DNA of 64,000 bases from Synechococcus sp. (GCA_047285305.1 JBJBDL010000003.1:1440001-1504000); one strand, 5' to 3'; positions 10,800-22,888 are shown, counted from the first letter of the stretch. Notes: generated by a model from the sequence alone, not told the origin. A program made the numbers and translations.

Positions 10800-11483
10800 T
10801 CAGGCAAGAACAGCTTCCTTGCTGCTGCTATTGCGGATGCCCTTGATCGCCTCGGCGTAATCGGGTTGGTTGAACACACCGGAGCCGGACACAATTGCGT
10901 TGGCACCTGCTTCGATCACCTTCCAGGCATTGCCGGCTTTGATTCCGCCATCAACTTCGATCCAGGGATCGAGACCCTTCTCGTCGCACATGCGGCGCAG
11001 GTCGCGGATTTTCTGGACCTGGTTTTCGATGAAGCTTTGGCCCCCGAAACCGGGGTTGACGCTCATGATCAGCACCAGATCGCAGAGCTCGAGGCAGTAC
11101 TCGAGGGTGTCGATCGGTGTTGATGGATTGAGGACTGCACCTGCTTTTTTGCCCAGGTCCTTGATCTGAGCCAGGTTGCGGTGCAGATGCGGGCAGGCTT
11201 CAACCTGAACAGAAATTATGTCGGCACCGGCTTTGGCGAAGTCGGGAACGTATTTCTCCGGCTCAACGATCATCAGGTGAACGTCCAGGGGCTTCTGGGT
11301 CACCGGCCGCAGCGCCTCAACAATCAGCGGACCAATAGTGATGTTCGGAACAAAGCGGCCGTCCATCACATCCACGTGGATCCAATCCGCACCGGCTTCG
11401 TCCACGGCTTTCACTTCTTCGCCGAGGCGTGCGAAGTCAGCCGACAGGATTGACGGCGAGATCACCAGGGGCTTGGTGCTCAT
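10800..11483 (-). CDS. rpe: Ribulose-phosphate 3-epimerase
   Basis: [41 protein letters not shown]. Confidence 0.97.
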   Translation of the reverse strand: MSTKPLVISPSILSADFARLGEEVKAVDEAGADWIHVDVMDGRFVPNITIGPLIVEALRPVTQKPLDVHLMIVEPEKYVPDFAKAGADIISVQVEACPHLHRNLAQIKDLGKKAGAVLNPSTPIDTLEYCLELCDLVLIMSVNPGFGGQSFIENQVQKIRDLRRMCDEKGLDPWIEVDGGIKAGNAWKVIEAGANAIVSGSGVFNQPDYAEAIKGIRNSSSKEAVLA

Positions 11484-11633
11484 TGATGAGGAGCGCGAAG
11501 TGCCGGGCGATTTTAGGGACTCCTGCAACCACTGATACAGTGAGCCGCGCTCAGACGTCGAGATCCACTGCGGCGACGGCCAACTGCCCGTCCAGGAGAT
11601 CTCGCCAACCCGTCCCACCTCATCCGGAGTCCC

Positions 11634-12638
11634 GTGGATCAGACCCTCATTCAGGAAATTCTCGAGATCGTCGAGCAGGCCGCCATCGCTTCCGCCTCGC
11701 TCTCCGGCAAAGGCCTGAAGGATGAAGCCGATGCATTGGCCGTCGATGCCATGCGTAAGCGCATGAATCAGATTCAGATGCAGGGCCGCATCGTGATTGG
11801 AGAGGGTGAACGTGATGAAGCCCCAATGCTCTACATCGGAGAAGAGGTCGGGACCGGCACCGGCCCAGGCGTCGACTTTGCTGTTGACCCTTGCGAAGGC
11901 ACCAACCTCTGCGCCTTCAACCAGCGCGGCTCCATGGCTGTTCTCGCCGCTTCCGACCGTGGCGGTCTGTTCAATGCCCCCGACTTTTACATGAAGAAGC
12001 TGGCTGCTCCTCCGGCAGCCAAGGGCAAAGTGGACATCCGCAAATCAGCCACCGAAAACATCAAGATCCTCAGCGAGTGCCTGGGACTCCCCGTCGACGA
12101 GCTGAACATCGTGGTTATGGATCGCGCCCGTCACAAGGACCTGATCGCTGAGATCCGGGCCACCGGCGCTCGCATCCAGCCCATCTCCGATGGAGACGTT
12201 CAGGCTGCCATCGCCTGCGGTTTCGCTGGTACCGGAACTCACTGCCTGATGGGCATCGGTGCTGCCCCTGAAGGTGTGATCTCCGCCGCTGCCATGCGCG
12301 CTCTTGGTGGTCACTTCCAGGGCCAACTGGTGTATGACCCTGCGATTGCTCAGACCTCCGAGTGGGCTGACATGACCAAAGAGGGCAACCTGGCGCGTCT
12401 CGCTGAGATGGGCATCGCCGATCCCGACAAGGTCTATGAAGCTGAGGAGCTGGCCTGCGGCGAGCATGTTTGTTTCGCTGGCAGCGGCATCACGGATGGT
12501 CTGCTCTTTGATGGCGTTAAGTTCGAAAAGGACTGCACCCGCACAAGCAGCCTGGTGATCAGCAACCTGGACAACACCTGCCGCTTCACCAACACCGTGC
12601 ACATCAAAGACGGCGCCCAGAGCATCGCTCTGAGCTGA
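11634..12638 (+). CDS. glpX: Class II fructose-1,6-/sedoheptulose-1,7-bisphosphatase
   Basis: [37 protein letters not shown]. Confidence 0.96.
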   Translation: MDQTLIQEILEIVEQAAIASASLSGKGLKDEADALAVDAMRKRMNQIQMQGRIVIGEGERDEAPMLYIGEEVGTGTGPGVDFAVDPCEGTNLCAFNQRGSMAVLAASDRGGLFNAPDFYMKKLAAPPAAKGKVDIRKSATENIKILSECLGLPVDELNIVVMDRARHKDLIAEIRATGARIQPISDGDVQAAIACGFAGTGTHCLMGIGAAPEGVISAAAMRALGGHFQGQLVYDPAIAQTSEWADMTKEGNLARLAEMGIADPDKVYEAEELACGEHVCFAGSGITDGLLFDGVKFEKDCTRTSSLVISNLDNTCRFTNTVHIKDGAQSIALS

Positions 12639-12669
12639 TCGTCATCAACTGGTTGAGAGGAACGTCTTC

Positions 12670-13968
12670 ATGCATATCTCCGTCGTCGGCCTCAGTCATC
12701 GGACGGCACCGGTGGAGATCCGGGAACGGCTCAGCATCCCTGAGCAGACCATGGAGACGTCCCTTCAATCTCTCCGCGGCAATGAGCAGGTGCTCGAGGC
12801 ATCGATCCTCAGCACCTGCAACCGCCTTGAGATTTACACCTTGGTCCGGAATCCGGACCTCGGCGTGTCTGCTGTCAGCGACTTCCTCAGCAGCCACTCC
12901 GGTCTTGAGACAGGGGAGCTGACGCCTCACTTGTTCAGTTATCACCACGAAGACGCTGTCGACCATCTGATGCGGGTGGCAGCAGGTCTCGACAGCCTTG
13001 TGCTGGGGGAAGGTCAAATCCTCTCCCAGGTGAAAAAAATGATGAGGCTCGGCCAGGAGCACAAATCCCTGGGTCCGATCCTGAATCGCTTGCTTACCCA
13101 GGCTGTTTCCACTGGCAAACGGGTCCGCAGTGAAACCAACCTCGGAACGGGGGCTGTTTCGATCAGCTCAGCTGCCGTTGAGCTCGCCCAGCTCAAGCTC
13201 GGTCAATCCCGGGGACTGGATCAACTGGTCACCCTGGAAAGCGAGCAGATCGCCGTTGTTGGTGCAGGGCGCATGAGCCGTCTGTTGCTCCAGCACCTTC
13301 AGGCCAAAGGTGCCTCGGGTGTTGTTTTGCTGAACCGCACCGTTGAACGGGCCGAGCAGCTGTCGGCTGATTTCCCTGATCTCCCTGTTCAGTGCAGGCC
13401 GCTCACGGATCTGGATCAGTACCTGAGTACCTGCTCGCTGATGTTCACCAGCACCGCCGCCGATGATCCGATCATTGATGCCGCACGTCTGGCACCTCTG
13501 AACCGGCGCAGCAAGCTGCGCCTGATTGATATCGGTGTGCCGCGCAACATCGCTGCGGATTCGGCCGATGTGGACGGCGTTGAATCCCACGATGTGGACG
13601 ACCTACAAGAGGTCGTTGCCCGTAACCAGGAAGCCCGTCAGGCCATGGCCCGGGAGGCTGAGCAGTTGCTTCAGCAAGAAGCACAGCAGTTCCTAGAGTG
13701 GTGGGACAGTCTTGAGGCTGTGCCGACCATCAACCAGCTGCGCTCTTCGATGGAGTCGATCCGTTCGGAGGAACTCCAGAAGGCCCTCAGCCGAATGGGC
13801 CCTGATTTCTCAGCCCGGGAACGCAAGGTAGTCGAAGCGTTGAGCAAGGGAATTATCAATAAAATCCTCCACACGCCTGTGACCCAGCTGCGGGCTCCCC
13901 AGACCCGTCAAGATCGCCAACAGGCCCTCCGAATTGTCGAACGACTGTTCGATTTGGAAGCTTCTTGA
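12670..13968 (+). CDS. hemA: Glutamyl-tRNA reductase
   Basis: GLSHRTAPVEIRE, STCNRLE, GLDSLVLGEGQI, DIGVPRN. Confidence 0.97.
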   Translation: MHISVVGLSHRTAPVEIRERLSIPEQTMETSLQSLRGNEQVLEASILSTCNRLEIYTLVRNPDLGVSAVSDFLSSHSGLETGELTPHLFSYHHEDAVDHLMRVAAGLDSLVLGEGQILSQVKKMMRLGQEHKSLGPILNRLLTQAVSTGKRVRSETNLGTGAVSISSAAVELAQLKLGQSRGLDQLVTLESEQIAVVGAGRMSRLLLQHLQAKGASGVVLLNRTVERAEQLSADFPDLPVQCRPLTDLDQYLSTCSLMFTSTAADDPIIDAARLAPLNRRSKLRLIDIGVPRNIAADSADVDGVESHDVDDLQEVVARNQEARQAMAREAEQLLQQEAQQFLEWWDSLEAVPTINQLRSSMESIRSEELQKALSRMGPDFSARERKVVEALSKGIINKILHTPVTQLRAPQTRQDRQQALRIVERLFDLEAS

Positions 13969-14089
13969 GCTCTTAAGCGATGCAGTCGCGATCTGAATCC
14001 CAGTAATCTCGACTGATTCTTCCCAAAGACGGTTGCGAAGCCAAAAACTCCGGTAAGTTCTTGCGGCAACGCCGATTTGGGACAGCGGC

Positions 14090-15385
14090 ATGAAGCGGGT
14101 CTTGGCCATCATTCTGGGCGGCGGTGCAGGTACGCGCCTGTATCCGCTCACAAAAATGCGCGCCAAGCCGGCCGTCCCTCTCGCAGGGAAATATCGACTG
14201 ATTGATATTCCGATAAGCAACTGCATCAACTCCGACATCAACAAGATGTACGTGATGACGCAGTTCAACAGTGCGTCACTGAACCGCCACCTCAGTCAGA
14301 CCTACAACCTCAGCAATTCCTTCGGTGGCGGCTTTGTTGAGGTGCTCGCAGCCCAGCAAACCCCTGACAGTCCCACCTGGTTTGAGGGCACTGCAGACGC
14401 TGTACGCAAATACCAGTGGTTGTTCCAGGAATGGGACGTTGATGAATACCTGATCCTTTCCGGCGACCAGCTCTACCGGATGGATTACAGCCTCTTCATC
14501 GAGCACCACCGCCGCTCAGGCGCTGATCTCACCGTTGCTGCCCTTCCCGTTGATCCCAAGCAGGCAGAGGCTTTCGGTCTGATGCGGACCGATGAAAACG
14601 GTTCGATCAAGGAGTTCCGCGAGAAGCCCAAGGGTGATTCGCTTCTGGAGATGGCTGTCGACACCTCTCGCTTCGGCCTCAGTGCTGATTCAGCTAAGGA
14701 AAGGCCCTACTTGGCCTCGATGGGCATTTACGTTTTCAGCCGTCAGACCCTCTTTGATCTGCTCGACAAACATCCCGGACACAAGGATTTCGGCAAGGAG
14801 ATCATTCCCGAGGCTCTCGCGAGGGGCGACAAGCTTCAGAGCTACGTGTTCGACGACTACTGGGAAGACATCGGCACCATCGGTGCTTTCTATGAAGCCA
14901 ACCTCGCTCTCACCCAACAACCCACGCCTCCCTTCAGCTTCTACGACGAGAAATTCCCCATCTACACGCGTCCTCGCTATTTGCCCCCCAGCAAGCTGGT
15001 TGATGCCCAGATCACCAATTCGATTGTTGGCGAAGGCTCGATCCTGAAGTCCTGCAGCATCCACCACTGTGTTCTCGGCGTGCGCAGTCGAATTGAAAGT
15101 GACTGCGTGCTTCAGGACACCCTGGTGATGGGGGCCGACTTCTTCGAATCCCCCGACGAACGTGCTGTCTTAAAAGAGCGAGGAGGCATTCCCCTTGGCG
15201 TGGGCAAGGGCACCACGGTGAAACGCGCCATCCTCGACAAGAACACCCGCATTGGTTCGGGTGTCTCGATCATCAACAAAGACAATGTGGAAGAAGCCGA
15301 TCGTTCGGATCAGGGTTTCTACATCCGCAACGGCATTGTGGTGGTTCAGAAAAACGCCACCATCGCAGATGGAACGGTGATCTGA
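14090..15385 (+). CDS. glgC: Glucose-1-phosphate adenylyltransferase
   Basis: [40 protein letters not shown]. Confidence 0.97.
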   Translation: MKRVLAIILGGGAGTRLYPLTKMRAKPAVPLAGKYRLIDIPISNCINSDINKMYVMTQFNSASLNRHLSQTYNLSNSFGGGFVEVLAAQQTPDSPTWFEGTADAVRKYQWLFQEWDVDEYLILSGDQLYRMDYSLFIEHHRRSGADLTVAALPVDPKQAEAFGLMRTDENGSIKEFREKPKGDSLLEMAVDTSRFGLSADSAKERPYLASMGIYVFSRQTLFDLLDKHPGHKDFGKEIIPEALARGDKLQSYVFDDYWEDIGTIGAFYEANLALTQQPTPPFSFYDEKFPIYTRPRYLPPSKLVDAQITNSIVGEGSILKSCSIHHCVLGVRSRIESDCVLQDTLVMGADFFESPDERAVLKERGGIPLGVGKGTTVKRAILDKNTRIGSGVSIINKDNVEEADRSDQGFYIRNGIVVVQKNATIADGTVI

Positions 15386-15521
15386 GGGCAGGAATCGCTC
15401 TCAGGAATGAGTAGACGTCTATGTGAGCCGATGGCTCATTCCTGACATTTGTTGGTTGATTTGCGGTCGAGACAAGCCGAGATCAACACACTGATATCAG
15501 TAGTCAGTGGTCCTTCAGGCC

Positions 15522-16940
15522 ATGTCCAAGTCTCACTTCGGCCTCATCGGTCTTGGCGTGATGGGCGAGAATCTCGTCCTGAATGCGGAGCGCAACGGTT
15601 TTTCCAGCGTTGTCTACAACCGCACCTACGCCAAAACCGAAGACTTCCTCCAGGGGCGTGGCAAGGACAAGAACATTCAGGGCGCCACTGACATCGAAGA
15701 TTTCGTTGGCAAGTTGGAACGCCCCCGCCGGATTTTGATGATGGTGAAGGCGGGGCCTGCCGTCGATGCTGTTGTTGATCAGCTCTCTCCTCATCTCGAA
15801 GAAGGTGATCTGCTGATTGATGGAGGCAACTCCGACTACCACGACACCGAACGTCGGGTGAAGCAACTCGAGAGCAAGAGCTTCGGCTTCATCGGTATGG
15901 GTGTGTCCGGTGGCGCCAAAGGTGCCCTGGAGGGGCCGAGCATGATGCCCGGAGGAACCAAGACCTCCTACGAGGCCATCGAGAGCCTTGTGAACAAGAT
16001 GGCGGCTCAGGTCGAAGACGGACCTTGCGTGACCTACATCGGTCCAGGGGGGTCAGGACACCTGGTTAAAACTGTCCACAACGGGATCGAATACGGCATC
16101 GAGCAGATCCTTGCCGAGGGTTACGACCTGATGAAGCGGGTCAAGGGAATGACCGGTGTGCAGATGGCCGACATTCTTGGTCAATGGAATGCCACAGAAG
16201 AGTTGTCGTCGTATCTGGTGGAAATCACCGAGGTGTGTCTCCGCACCAAGGATCCCGTCGATGGCACTGATCTGGTGGAAAAAATCACCGATCAGGCTGG
16301 CCAGAAGGGCACGGGCCTCTGGACCGTGGTGACGGCGCTGCAGATGGGTGCCTCTGTTCCCACGATTTATGCCTCTCTCAATGCAAGGGTGATGAGCTCG
16401 ATGAAGCCTCAACGCGTGGCGGCCGAATCGATGCTCAAAGGACCTGCCATTAAGGACTTTGACCTGGGAACGCCTGACGATGCCATGGCTCCGCTGATGG
16501 ATGCCACGGTGCTGAGTTGCATCGCCAGTTATGCCCAGGGCATGGAGCTTCTGCGTATCGCCTCCCAGGACCTCGACTATGAACTTCACATGCCGTCGAT
16601 CGCTCAGATCTGGAAGGGTGGGTGCATCATTCGGGCCCGTCTGCTGAAGCGCATTCAGGATGCTTTCGATGCTGATCCCCAACTGCCCAACCTGATGGTG
16701 GATCCCTGGTTCGCTGAACAGATCAACCGACGGCTGCCCGGACTGGCTCAAGTGGTGGCCGGTGCCGCCGAGGCCGGCATTCCCGTTCCCTGCTTCAGCA
16801 GCACCCTTGACTACATCAACAGCTACCGTTCCGGCCGCCTTCCTCAGAACCTGGTTCAGGCGATGCGCGATTGCTTCGGCTCCCACACCTACCAAAGGGT
16901 CGACAAGGAGGGCACGTTCCACACCGAATGGCTCAGCTGA
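15522..16940 (+). CDS. gnd: 6-phosphogluconate dehydrogenase (decarboxylating)
   Basis: GLGVMG, VHNGIEYG, GQKGTG, WKGGCIIR, QAMRDCFGSHTY. Confidence 0.97.
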   Translation: MSKSHFGLIGLGVMGENLVLNAERNGFSSVVYNRTYAKTEDFLQGRGKDKNIQGATDIEDFVGKLERPRRILMMVKAGPAVDAVVDQLSPHLEEGDLLIDGGNSDYHDTERRVKQLESKSFGFIGMGVSGGAKGALEGPSMMPGGTKTSYEAIESLVNKMAAQVEDGPCVTYIGPGGSGHLVKTVHNGIEYGIEQILAEGYDLMKRVKGMTGVQMADILGQWNATEELSSYLVEITEVCLRTKDPVDGTDLVEKITDQAGQKGTGLWTVVTALQMGASVPTIYASLNARVMSSMKPQRVAAESMLKGPAIKDFDLGTPDDAMAPLMDATVLSCIASYAQGMELLRIASQDLDYELHMPSIAQIWKGGCIIRARLLKRIQDAFDADPQLPNLMVDPWFAEQINRRLPGLAQVVAGAAEAGIPVPCFSSTLDYINSYRSGRLPQNLVQAMRDCFGSHTYQRVDKEGTFHTEWLS

Positions 16941-16951
16941 GAGGTTGAGCG

Positions 16952-17665
16952 ATGACCAACTACCGCATCGAGCGGGCTAAGGATCCTCAGGACCTCGCTC
17001 GTCAGGCCTGTGAAACTGTTGCCGCCCAAATTGATCTTGCCTTGGATCAACGGGACCGTTGCCAGATCGCTCTCTCCGGTGGGAGTACGCCCGCCAGCGC
17101 CTACTCCCTGCTCGGTCAGGAACGGTTGCCCTGGGACCGGGTGGACGTCGTCCTGGGTGATGAGCGCTGGGTGGCTGCCGACGATGCGTCAAGCAACGCC
17201 GGCATGCTGCGCCGCACCCTTCTCGCACCCGGGCCTGGAGCTTCAGCCGCTTTTCATCCCGTGCCCACCGTGGAACTGGACAGCCCTGAGGCAAGTGCCC
17301 AGGCTTTTGCTGACAAGCTTTCTCAGCTGTGCTCAGGAGCACCACCGGTGTTCGATGTGATGCTGCTAGGCCTGGGGGATGACGGCCATACCGCATCCCT
17401 TTTCCCCGGCACTGAGGCTCCATCGGTGCTGGATCGCTGGACGACCATCGGGCGCGGCAAAGGATTGGATCGCATCACCCTGACGGCTCCTGTGCTCAGT
17501 GCCGCCCGTCACGTGATCTTCCTCGTCAGTGGGGCCGGTAAACAGGAAGCCCTCAGGCGACTGGTCGATCCCTCCGAATCCTCCGATCGCACTCCCGCTC
17601 GGCTGGTTCAACCTGCTAATGGTGTGCTGATCCTTGCTGATCAGGATGCAGCCGCCGGCCTCTGA
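16952..17665 (+). CDS. pgl: 6-phosphogluconolactonase
   Basis: ALSGGSTP, GDERWV, LGLGDDGHTASLFPG; follows gnd. Confidence 0.95.
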   Translation: MTNYRIERAKDPQDLARQACETVAAQIDLALDQRDRCQIALSGGSTPASAYSLLGQERLPWDRVDVVLGDERWVAADDASSNAGMLRRTLLAPGPGASAAFHPVPTVELDSPEASAQAFADKLSQLCSGAPPVFDVMLLGLGDDGHTASLFPGTEAPSVLDRWTTIGRGKGLDRITLTAPVLSAARHVIFLVSGAGKQEALRRLVDPSESSDRTPARLVQPANGVLILADQDAAAGL

Positions 17666-18206
17666 ACAGATCCTTTTCCAGGGCAGCGACTTTGCTGACT
17701 GGGCCAGCCTGAACGACACGATCATGGGCGGCCGATCCCGTGCCGGTTGTCGCGTGACCCCCGACGGACTCGTTCTGGAGGGGGAGCTGGTGGAGACCGG
17801 CGGTGGTTTCGTGAGCTGCCGCTCCCCTCGCCTTCAGCCCCCGCTCGATCTGTCCCCTTATTCAGTACTTCAGCTGGATGTTGAGGGTGAGGGACGCACC
17901 CTGAAGATTGCCCTTGGTTGCCGGGATGGAGCCATGGGACTCACAGAACTGATTCCCGGTGGTCTCCGCTGGGTGGTGGATGTTCCGACTCAACCGTCCG
18001 GAGTGACCCCTGTTGTGGTGCCATTCGCCGACCTCAGCCCCACGGTGCGTGCCAAGCCCGTTGGCTTGCCGCTGCGCTTCGATCCCAGTGGCATCACCCG
18101 CATTCAGGTGTTGCACTCGAAATTCGGCGATGCTGGGGATCTCAATCCTGGTTTTCGCGCTGGCTCCATCCGGGTGCTGATCCGTTCAATCCGCGCCTTG
18201 CCCTGA
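17646..18206 (+). CDS. CIA30 family protein
   Basis: WASLNDTIMGGRS and GGGFVSCRS motifs. Confidence 0.85.
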   Translation: MQPPASEQILFQGSDFADWASLNDTIMGGRSRAGCRVTPDGLVLEGELVETGGGFVSCRSPRLQPPLDLSPYSVLQLDVEGEGRTLKIALGCRDGAMGLTELIPGGLRWVVDVPTQPSGVTPVVVPFADLSPTVRAKPVGLPLRFDPSGITRIQVLHSKFGDAGDLNPGFRAGSIRVLIRSIRALP

Positions 18207-18210
18207 GTCC

Positions 18211-18579
18211 ATGGACCTTCTGGTGTTGATTGCCAAGGCGGCTGACGTTTGCCTCAAGCCCTGGAGCCATGCTGTTGTTCTGATCGATCCTTCGGCTCCA
18301 GTACAAATCGACGATCTGCACGTGCGGATTGAATGTCGTGATGGCGACGGCCAGCGTTGCTCCGCTCAGGATCTTGAACTGGAGATCTACCTGAGTGGCA
18401 ACGAGATCAATCTGATGCTGAGCTGGTGGGACCAACCGGAACGTCCGATGCTCTGGCACGGGCGTCATCCGGTCTGGATGGATGGCGCCTCGGGGCAGCG
18501 CTGTGCGGCACCGCAGGATGCCGCACCTCTGGAAGCGTTGGGTCGGCGCCTACGGGCTCTGGTGCAACCGGCTGTTTGA
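18211..18579 (+). CDS. Conserved hypothetical protein
   Basis: Clean ORF in operon context; PMLWHGRHPVWMD motif. Confidence 0.7.
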   Translation: MDLLVLIAKAADVCLKPWSHAVVLIDPSAPVQIDDLHVRIECRDGDGQRCSAQDLELEIYLSGNEINLMLSWWDQPERPMLWHGRHPVWMDGASGQRCAAPQDAAPLEALGRRLRALVQPAV

Positions 18580-18590
18580 TTGCACCGAAT

Positions 18591-20264
18591 TCAATCGGCG
18601 TGGTCGGTTGTCGCCCCCCGGCTTGAGCTGGAGACGAGTCGCGCGTACTTGCCGAGAATTCCGTTGCGGTAAAGCGGTTCCGGCTTGCTCCATCCCGCTC
18701 TGCGGCGATCCAATTCCGCTTCATCCACGTTGAGTTGGAGCAGCAGCTGATCAGCATCAACCGTGATGCTGTCGCCTTCTTGAACCAGCCCGATCGTTCC
18801 GCCAACTGCAGCTTCAGGAGCCACGTGACCCACCACCAGGCCATAGGTGCCGCCGCTGAAGCGGCCATCGGTGATAAGGGCGACCTTGTCCCCCAAGCCC
18901 TGACCCACGATCGCTGAGGTGGGAGCCAGCATCTCCCGCATGCCCGGTCCACCGACGGGACCCTCGTTGCGGACCACCACCACATCCCCGGCCTGGATCT
19001 TTTTGTCGAGGATGGCGGCAAGGCAGTCTTCCTCGCTTTCAAACACCCGCGCCGGGCCGGTGAGCACGGGAGACTTCACACCGCTGATCTTGGCCACGCT
19101 TCCCTCGCTGGCGAGGTTGCCCTTGAGAATTGCTAGGTGTCCTTTGGCATAAAGCGGATTGCTCAGGGGGCGGATCACGTCCTGCCCGGAGGGCGGCTCC
19201 GACGGCACATCGGCCAGCAACTCCTTCAGGCTTTTGCCCTCCACCGTTCGGCAGTCGCCGTGCAGCAAGCCTGCATCCAGCAGCAGCTTCATCACCTGGG
19301 GAATGCCGCCGGCGTTGTGCAGATCAACGGTCACATAGCGGCCGCTGGGCTTGAGATCACAGATCACCGGCACCCGCTGCCGAATCCGTTCGAAGTCATC
19401 GATGCTCAGGTCGACGCCGGCGGTGCGGGCAATGGCCAGCAGGTGCAGCACAGCATTGGTGGAGCCACCCACCGCCATGATCACGCTGATGGCGTTCTCA
19501 AAGGCTTCTTTGGTAAGCAGATCCAGAGGGCGGATGTTGGCTTTCACGGCCTCCACCAGCACCTCGGCCGAGCGAGCGGCACTGTCGGCCTTTTCCTCGT
19601 CCTCGGCAGCCATCGTGGAGCTGTAGGGGAGGCTGAGACCCATCGTTTCGATGGCAGCACTCATGGTGTTGGCGGTGAACATGCCGCCGCAACTGCCAGC
19701 CCCAGGGCAGGCATTTTTCTCAACTGCGGTGAGCTGCTCTTCGTCGATCTTGCCGCTAGTCAGTTGGCCGACCGCTTCAAAAGCGCTCACCACCGTGAGA
19801 TCACAGCCGCCCAGCTTGCCCGGCTTGATCGTGCCCCCGTAGACGAACACCGAAGGAATGTTCATCCTTGCCATAGCGAGCATGGCGCCGGGCATGTTCT
19901 TGTCGCAGCCACCGACGGCTAGCACCCCATCCATGCTCTGGCCATTGCAGGCCGTTTCGATGGCGTCAGCAATCACTTCACGGCTCACCAGGGAGTACTT
20001 CATCCCTTCGGTGCCCATGGAGATTCCATCACTCACGGTGATGGTCCCGAACATCTGTGGCATGCCTCCGGCCTGCCGGGCCGCTTCCTCAGCTCGTTTG
20101 GCCAGGTCGTTCAGCCCCACATTGCAGGGTGTGATGGTGCTGTAGCCGTTGGCGATGCCCAGGATGGGCTTGCCGAAATCGCTGTCTCCAAAGCCCACGG
20201 CCCGCAACATGGCGCGGTTGGGAGACCGCTGAATCCCCTTGGTGACGGCGTCGGAGCGAAGCAT
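18591..20264 (-). CDS. ilvD: Dihydroxy-acid dehydratase
   Basis: [48 protein letters not shown]. Confidence 0.97.
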   Translation of the reverse strand: MLRSDAVTKGIQRSPNRAMLRAVGFGDSDFGKPILGIANGYSTITPCNVGLNDLAKRAEEAARQAGGMPQMFGTITVSDGISMGTEGMKYSLVSREVIADAIETACNGQSMDGVLAVGGCDKNMPGAMLAMARMNIPSVFVYGGTIKPGKLGGCDLTVVSAFEAVGQLTSGKIDEEQLTAVEKNACPGAGSCGGMFTANTMSAAIETMGLSLPYSSTMAAEDEEKADSAARSAEVLVEAVKANIRPLDLLTKEAFENAISVIMAVGGSTNAVLHLLAIARTAGVDLSIDDFERIRQRVPVICDLKPSGRYVTVDLHNAGGIPQVMKLLLDAGLLHGDCRTVEGKSLKELLADVPSEPPSGQDVIRPLSNPLYAKGHLAILKGNLASEGSVAKISGVKSPVLTGPARVFESEEDCLAAILDKKIQAGDVVVVRNEGPVGGPGMREMLAPTSAIVGQGLGDKVALITDGRFSGGTYGLVVGHVAPEAAVGGTIGLVQEGDSITVDADQLLLQLNVDEAELDRRRAGWSKPEPLYRNGILGKYARLVSSSSRGATTDHAD

Positions 20265-20308
20265 GGAACGGAGCGGACCAGTGGCAATCAAGCCAACCTA
20301 CCGAGCGC

Positions 20309-20587
20309 TCATCCTTCGCTACCTAGTCCCTCGAGCTGGGCGCGAACGCGGGCGATCTCCGCGTTGAGTTTTTCCACTCGCTCCTCGAGGTGTCCGTTGC
20401 CTGCGCTGTCTAGAACTTCGGAACCGTCCTGCATCCGTGGTGCGTGCAACATCGACTTCTGCGCGCCGTAACGCCTGCGCCTGTCGGCTTCGTTGAGGAG
20501 CCACCAGGCCAGTCCTGCAGCACCGAGCACTGCTCCGGTGACCAGAGTTGCCAGGGTGCCTGAGCCCGTGTCGTGCTGCTGGGCCAT
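20309..20587 (-). CDS. Hypothetical protein with one TM segment and a C-terminal coiled coil
   Basis: GAVLGAAGLAWW then LEERVEKLNAEIARVRAQLE. Confidence 0.7.
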   Translation of the reverse strand: MAQQHDTGSGTLATLVTGAVLGAAGLAWWLLNEADRRRRYGAQKSMLHAPRMQDGSEVLDSAGNGHLEERVEKLNAEIARVRAQLEGLGSEG

Positions 20588-20623
20588 GGGTGCGATCAAC
20601 CTGCTTGAAGGTTAGTCATGCCC

Positions 20624-21229
20624 TCAAGATCTGAGGTTCAGCCGTCGCACAGGGTCACCGATTCCCGGACGAATCTCACCCTGCTCTCCCACGCCCTCGT
20701 CAATGCAGGCGGTGTGCAGCGTCAGATCTGGAATCGCTTCACCCAACAGCTTCAGTCCAGGACTGGCGCACAGAGCAGTGATCAGCCGCAGCCGCCGTCC
20801 ATCCACACCCTTGCTCTGGAGCTCCTGCAGGAGCTTGAGGGTCGCCTCACCATCGCTGATTTGATCAACAAACAAAATCACCCCGGCGTTGGCTTCGATC
20901 TCCTGTGGGCATGACTCCAGGCAGAGGGAGGAATCGGGAAGGACGGATCGTCCTCCCTGCCAAAGCTCGAGACCTGCTGGGAGCACTGGAATGGCGATCA
21001 GTGGTACCGATGCTTCAACGAGGGTGCCTTCGGTGTCCCCATGGATTCCGGGCACCATCTCCCGGCGATTGGGCAGCCAGTCCCGCAGGGCTTCGTAGGT
21101 GAGCCACCGGCCCAGTTCCTGCAGGGCGGTGGCGTAGAGGGCCGCAGGGGTTTCCCGATGCCGAAGCATCGTCAGCCAATGGCCGATCAGGGGATGGGGT
21201 GGAACCACCACCCGCAAGCTCATGGCCAT
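20624..21229 (-). CDS. upp: Uracil phosphoribosyltransferase
   Basis: PHPLIGHWLTMLR, LGRWLTYEA, IRPGIGD; PRPP-binding motif is divergent. Confidence 0.85.
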   Translation of the reverse strand: MAMSLRVVVPPHPLIGHWLTMLRHRETPAALYATALQELGRWLTYEALRDWLPNRREMVPGIHGDTEGTLVEASVPLIAIPVLPAGLELWQGGRSVLPDSSLCLESCPQEIEANAGVILFVDQISDGEATLKLLQELQSKGVDGRRLRLITALCASPGLKLLGEAIPDLTLHTACIDEGVGEQGEIRPGIGDPVRRLNLRS

Positions 21230-21284
21230 ATCGACTCGCTCCGCGGACAGTTGCCATAACGTGATTGCTCAAATTACCGGTCTC

Positions 21285-21794
21285 ATGGGCGCCCTTCGAC
21301 GTATGGCCTCGCTGCTAGCGGTGATCACGCTGGCATTTTGCACTGCTGTTTGGGCTGAATCAGTGCAGGCCATCACCGCTCCCGAGCTGCGTGGTCAGTT
21401 CGCAGTTCAGGAGATCAGCGCCGATATGCACGGTCTTGACCTCAAGGAAAAAGAGTTCCTCAAGGCAGATTTGCGGGAGGTAAATCTCAGCGGCACGGAC
21501 CTGCGCGGCGCTGTGATCAACACCTCTCAACTGCAAGGGGCCGATCTCCGTGATGCCAATCTCTCCGATGTTGTGGGCTTTGCCAGCCACTTCGAGGGAG
21601 CCGATCTCCGGGGGGCCAACTTCACCAACGCGATGATGATGCAGAGCCGCTTCACGGACGCGCAGATCGACGGTGCTGATTTCACCAACGCCGTGCTCGA
21701 TCTTCCCCAACAGCGGGCCCTTTGTGCTCGGGCGGATGGATCCAATCCGATCAGTGGTGTCTCTACCCGTGAGAGCCTGGGCTGCCGCCCTTAA
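21285..21794 (+). CDS. Pentapeptide repeat protein with signal peptide
   Basis: A(D/N)LxG repeats; C-terminal LC...G.NP..G.STRESLGC. Confidence 0.9.
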   Translation: MGALRRMASLLAVITLAFCTAVWAESVQAITAPELRGQFAVQEISADMHGLDLKEKEFLKADLREVNLSGTDLRGAVINTSQLQGADLRDANLSDVVGFASHFEGADLRGANFTNAMMMQSRFTDAQIDGADFTNAVLDLPQQRALCARADGSNPISGVSTRESLGCRP

Positions 21795-21799
21795 TCGTC

Positions 21800-22888
21800 A
21801 TGGCTAAGCGTCTGCCGGTGACAGTGATCACCGGGTTTCTTGGGGCCGGCAAGACCACGGTGCTCCGCCATCTGCTCACCCGTGGCGGTCAGCGATTGGC
21901 CGTGATGGTCAACGAATTCGGCAGTGTTGGGCTTGATGGTGATCTGATTCGCAGCTGCGGCTTCTGTCCTGAGGAAGAGGTGGATGGCCGTTTAGTTGAG
22001 CTGAACAACGGTTGCCTCTGCTGCACCGTGCAGGACGACTTCCTGCCGACGATGGAGACGTTGCTGGAACGAGCGGATCAGTTGGATGGGATCGTTGTTG
22101 AAACCAGCGGTCTCGCTTTGCCACGGCCTCTGCTTCAGGCATTGGATTGGCCGGCCATCCGCAGCCGTGTGCATGTGAATGGTGTGGTGACTCTGGTGGA
22201 TGGCGAAGCTTTGGCTGCAGGCAGCCCGGTGGCTGATGCTGAAGCGCTGGAGCGGCAACGGGCCGAGGATCCCAGCCTCGATCACCTCACAGCGATCGAC
22301 GACTTGTTTGAGGATCAACTCCAGGCCGCTGACCTGGTCTTGATCAGCCGGGCTGATTGCCTGGATGCATCAGCAATGGCTGAGGTGCAGGGGCGGATCA
22401 AAGACAAAGTGCGCCCGGCTACCGCTCTGCTGCCTGTGTCTCAGGGACAGGTGGAGACGTCCGTTGTGTTGGGCCTTGAGCACAAGCCCACCCACCAGGA
22501 GGCCCACACCCACCACGACCATCACGATCACAGCCATGTCGACATGGTCGGCAGCAATGTTCGCGTTGAAGGGGCATTGGAGCGTCATGCCCTCGAGCAG
22601 CTGTTGCCCGGCCTCGTCAGCAATCACCAGGTGGTTCGACTCAAGGGGCGTGTCTGGCTGCCCAGTAAAACGCTTCCGCTTCAGATCCAGATGGTGGGTC
22701 CGCGGTTGAACAGCTGGTTTGAAGCAGCTCCCAGCCATGCCTGGCGTCCCGATCAGGGCTGCGGTGCTGATCTGGTGGTGCTGGCTTTGAACGAGGCTGC
22801 AGCCCCGGCCCTGGAATCCGGACTTCAGAGGCTGGTACAGGCCACACCGGCCAAGGCCAGCCCCGCGGCAGCCACGCCGGAGAGCTGA
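21800..22888 (+). CDS. cobW: Cobalamin biosynthesis GTPase CobW (COG0523)
   Basis: GFLGAGKTT, NNGCLCCTVQDDF, ETSGLALP, His-rich linker, RLKG. Confidence 0.9.
   Translation: MAKRLPVTVITGFLGAGKTTVLRHLLTRGGQRLAVMVNEFGSVGLDGDLIRSCGFCPEEEVDGRLVELNNGCLCCTVQDDFLPTMETLLERADQLDGIVVETSGLALPRPLLQALDWPAIRSRVHVNGVVTLVDGEALAAGSPVADAEALERQRAEDPSLDHLTAIDDLFEDQLQAADLVLISRADCLDASAMAEVQGRIKDKVRPATALLPVSQGQVETSVVLGLEHKPTHQEAHTHHDHHDHSHVDMVGSNVRVEGALERHALEQLLPGLVSNHQVVRLKGRVWLPSKTLPLQIQMVGPRLNSWFEAAPSHAWRPDQGCGADLVVLALNEAAAPALESGLQRLVQATPAKASPAAATPES

Noticed and set aside
22492..22538. cac/cat-rich repeat
   Set aside because: Encodes the usual His-rich linker of CobW.
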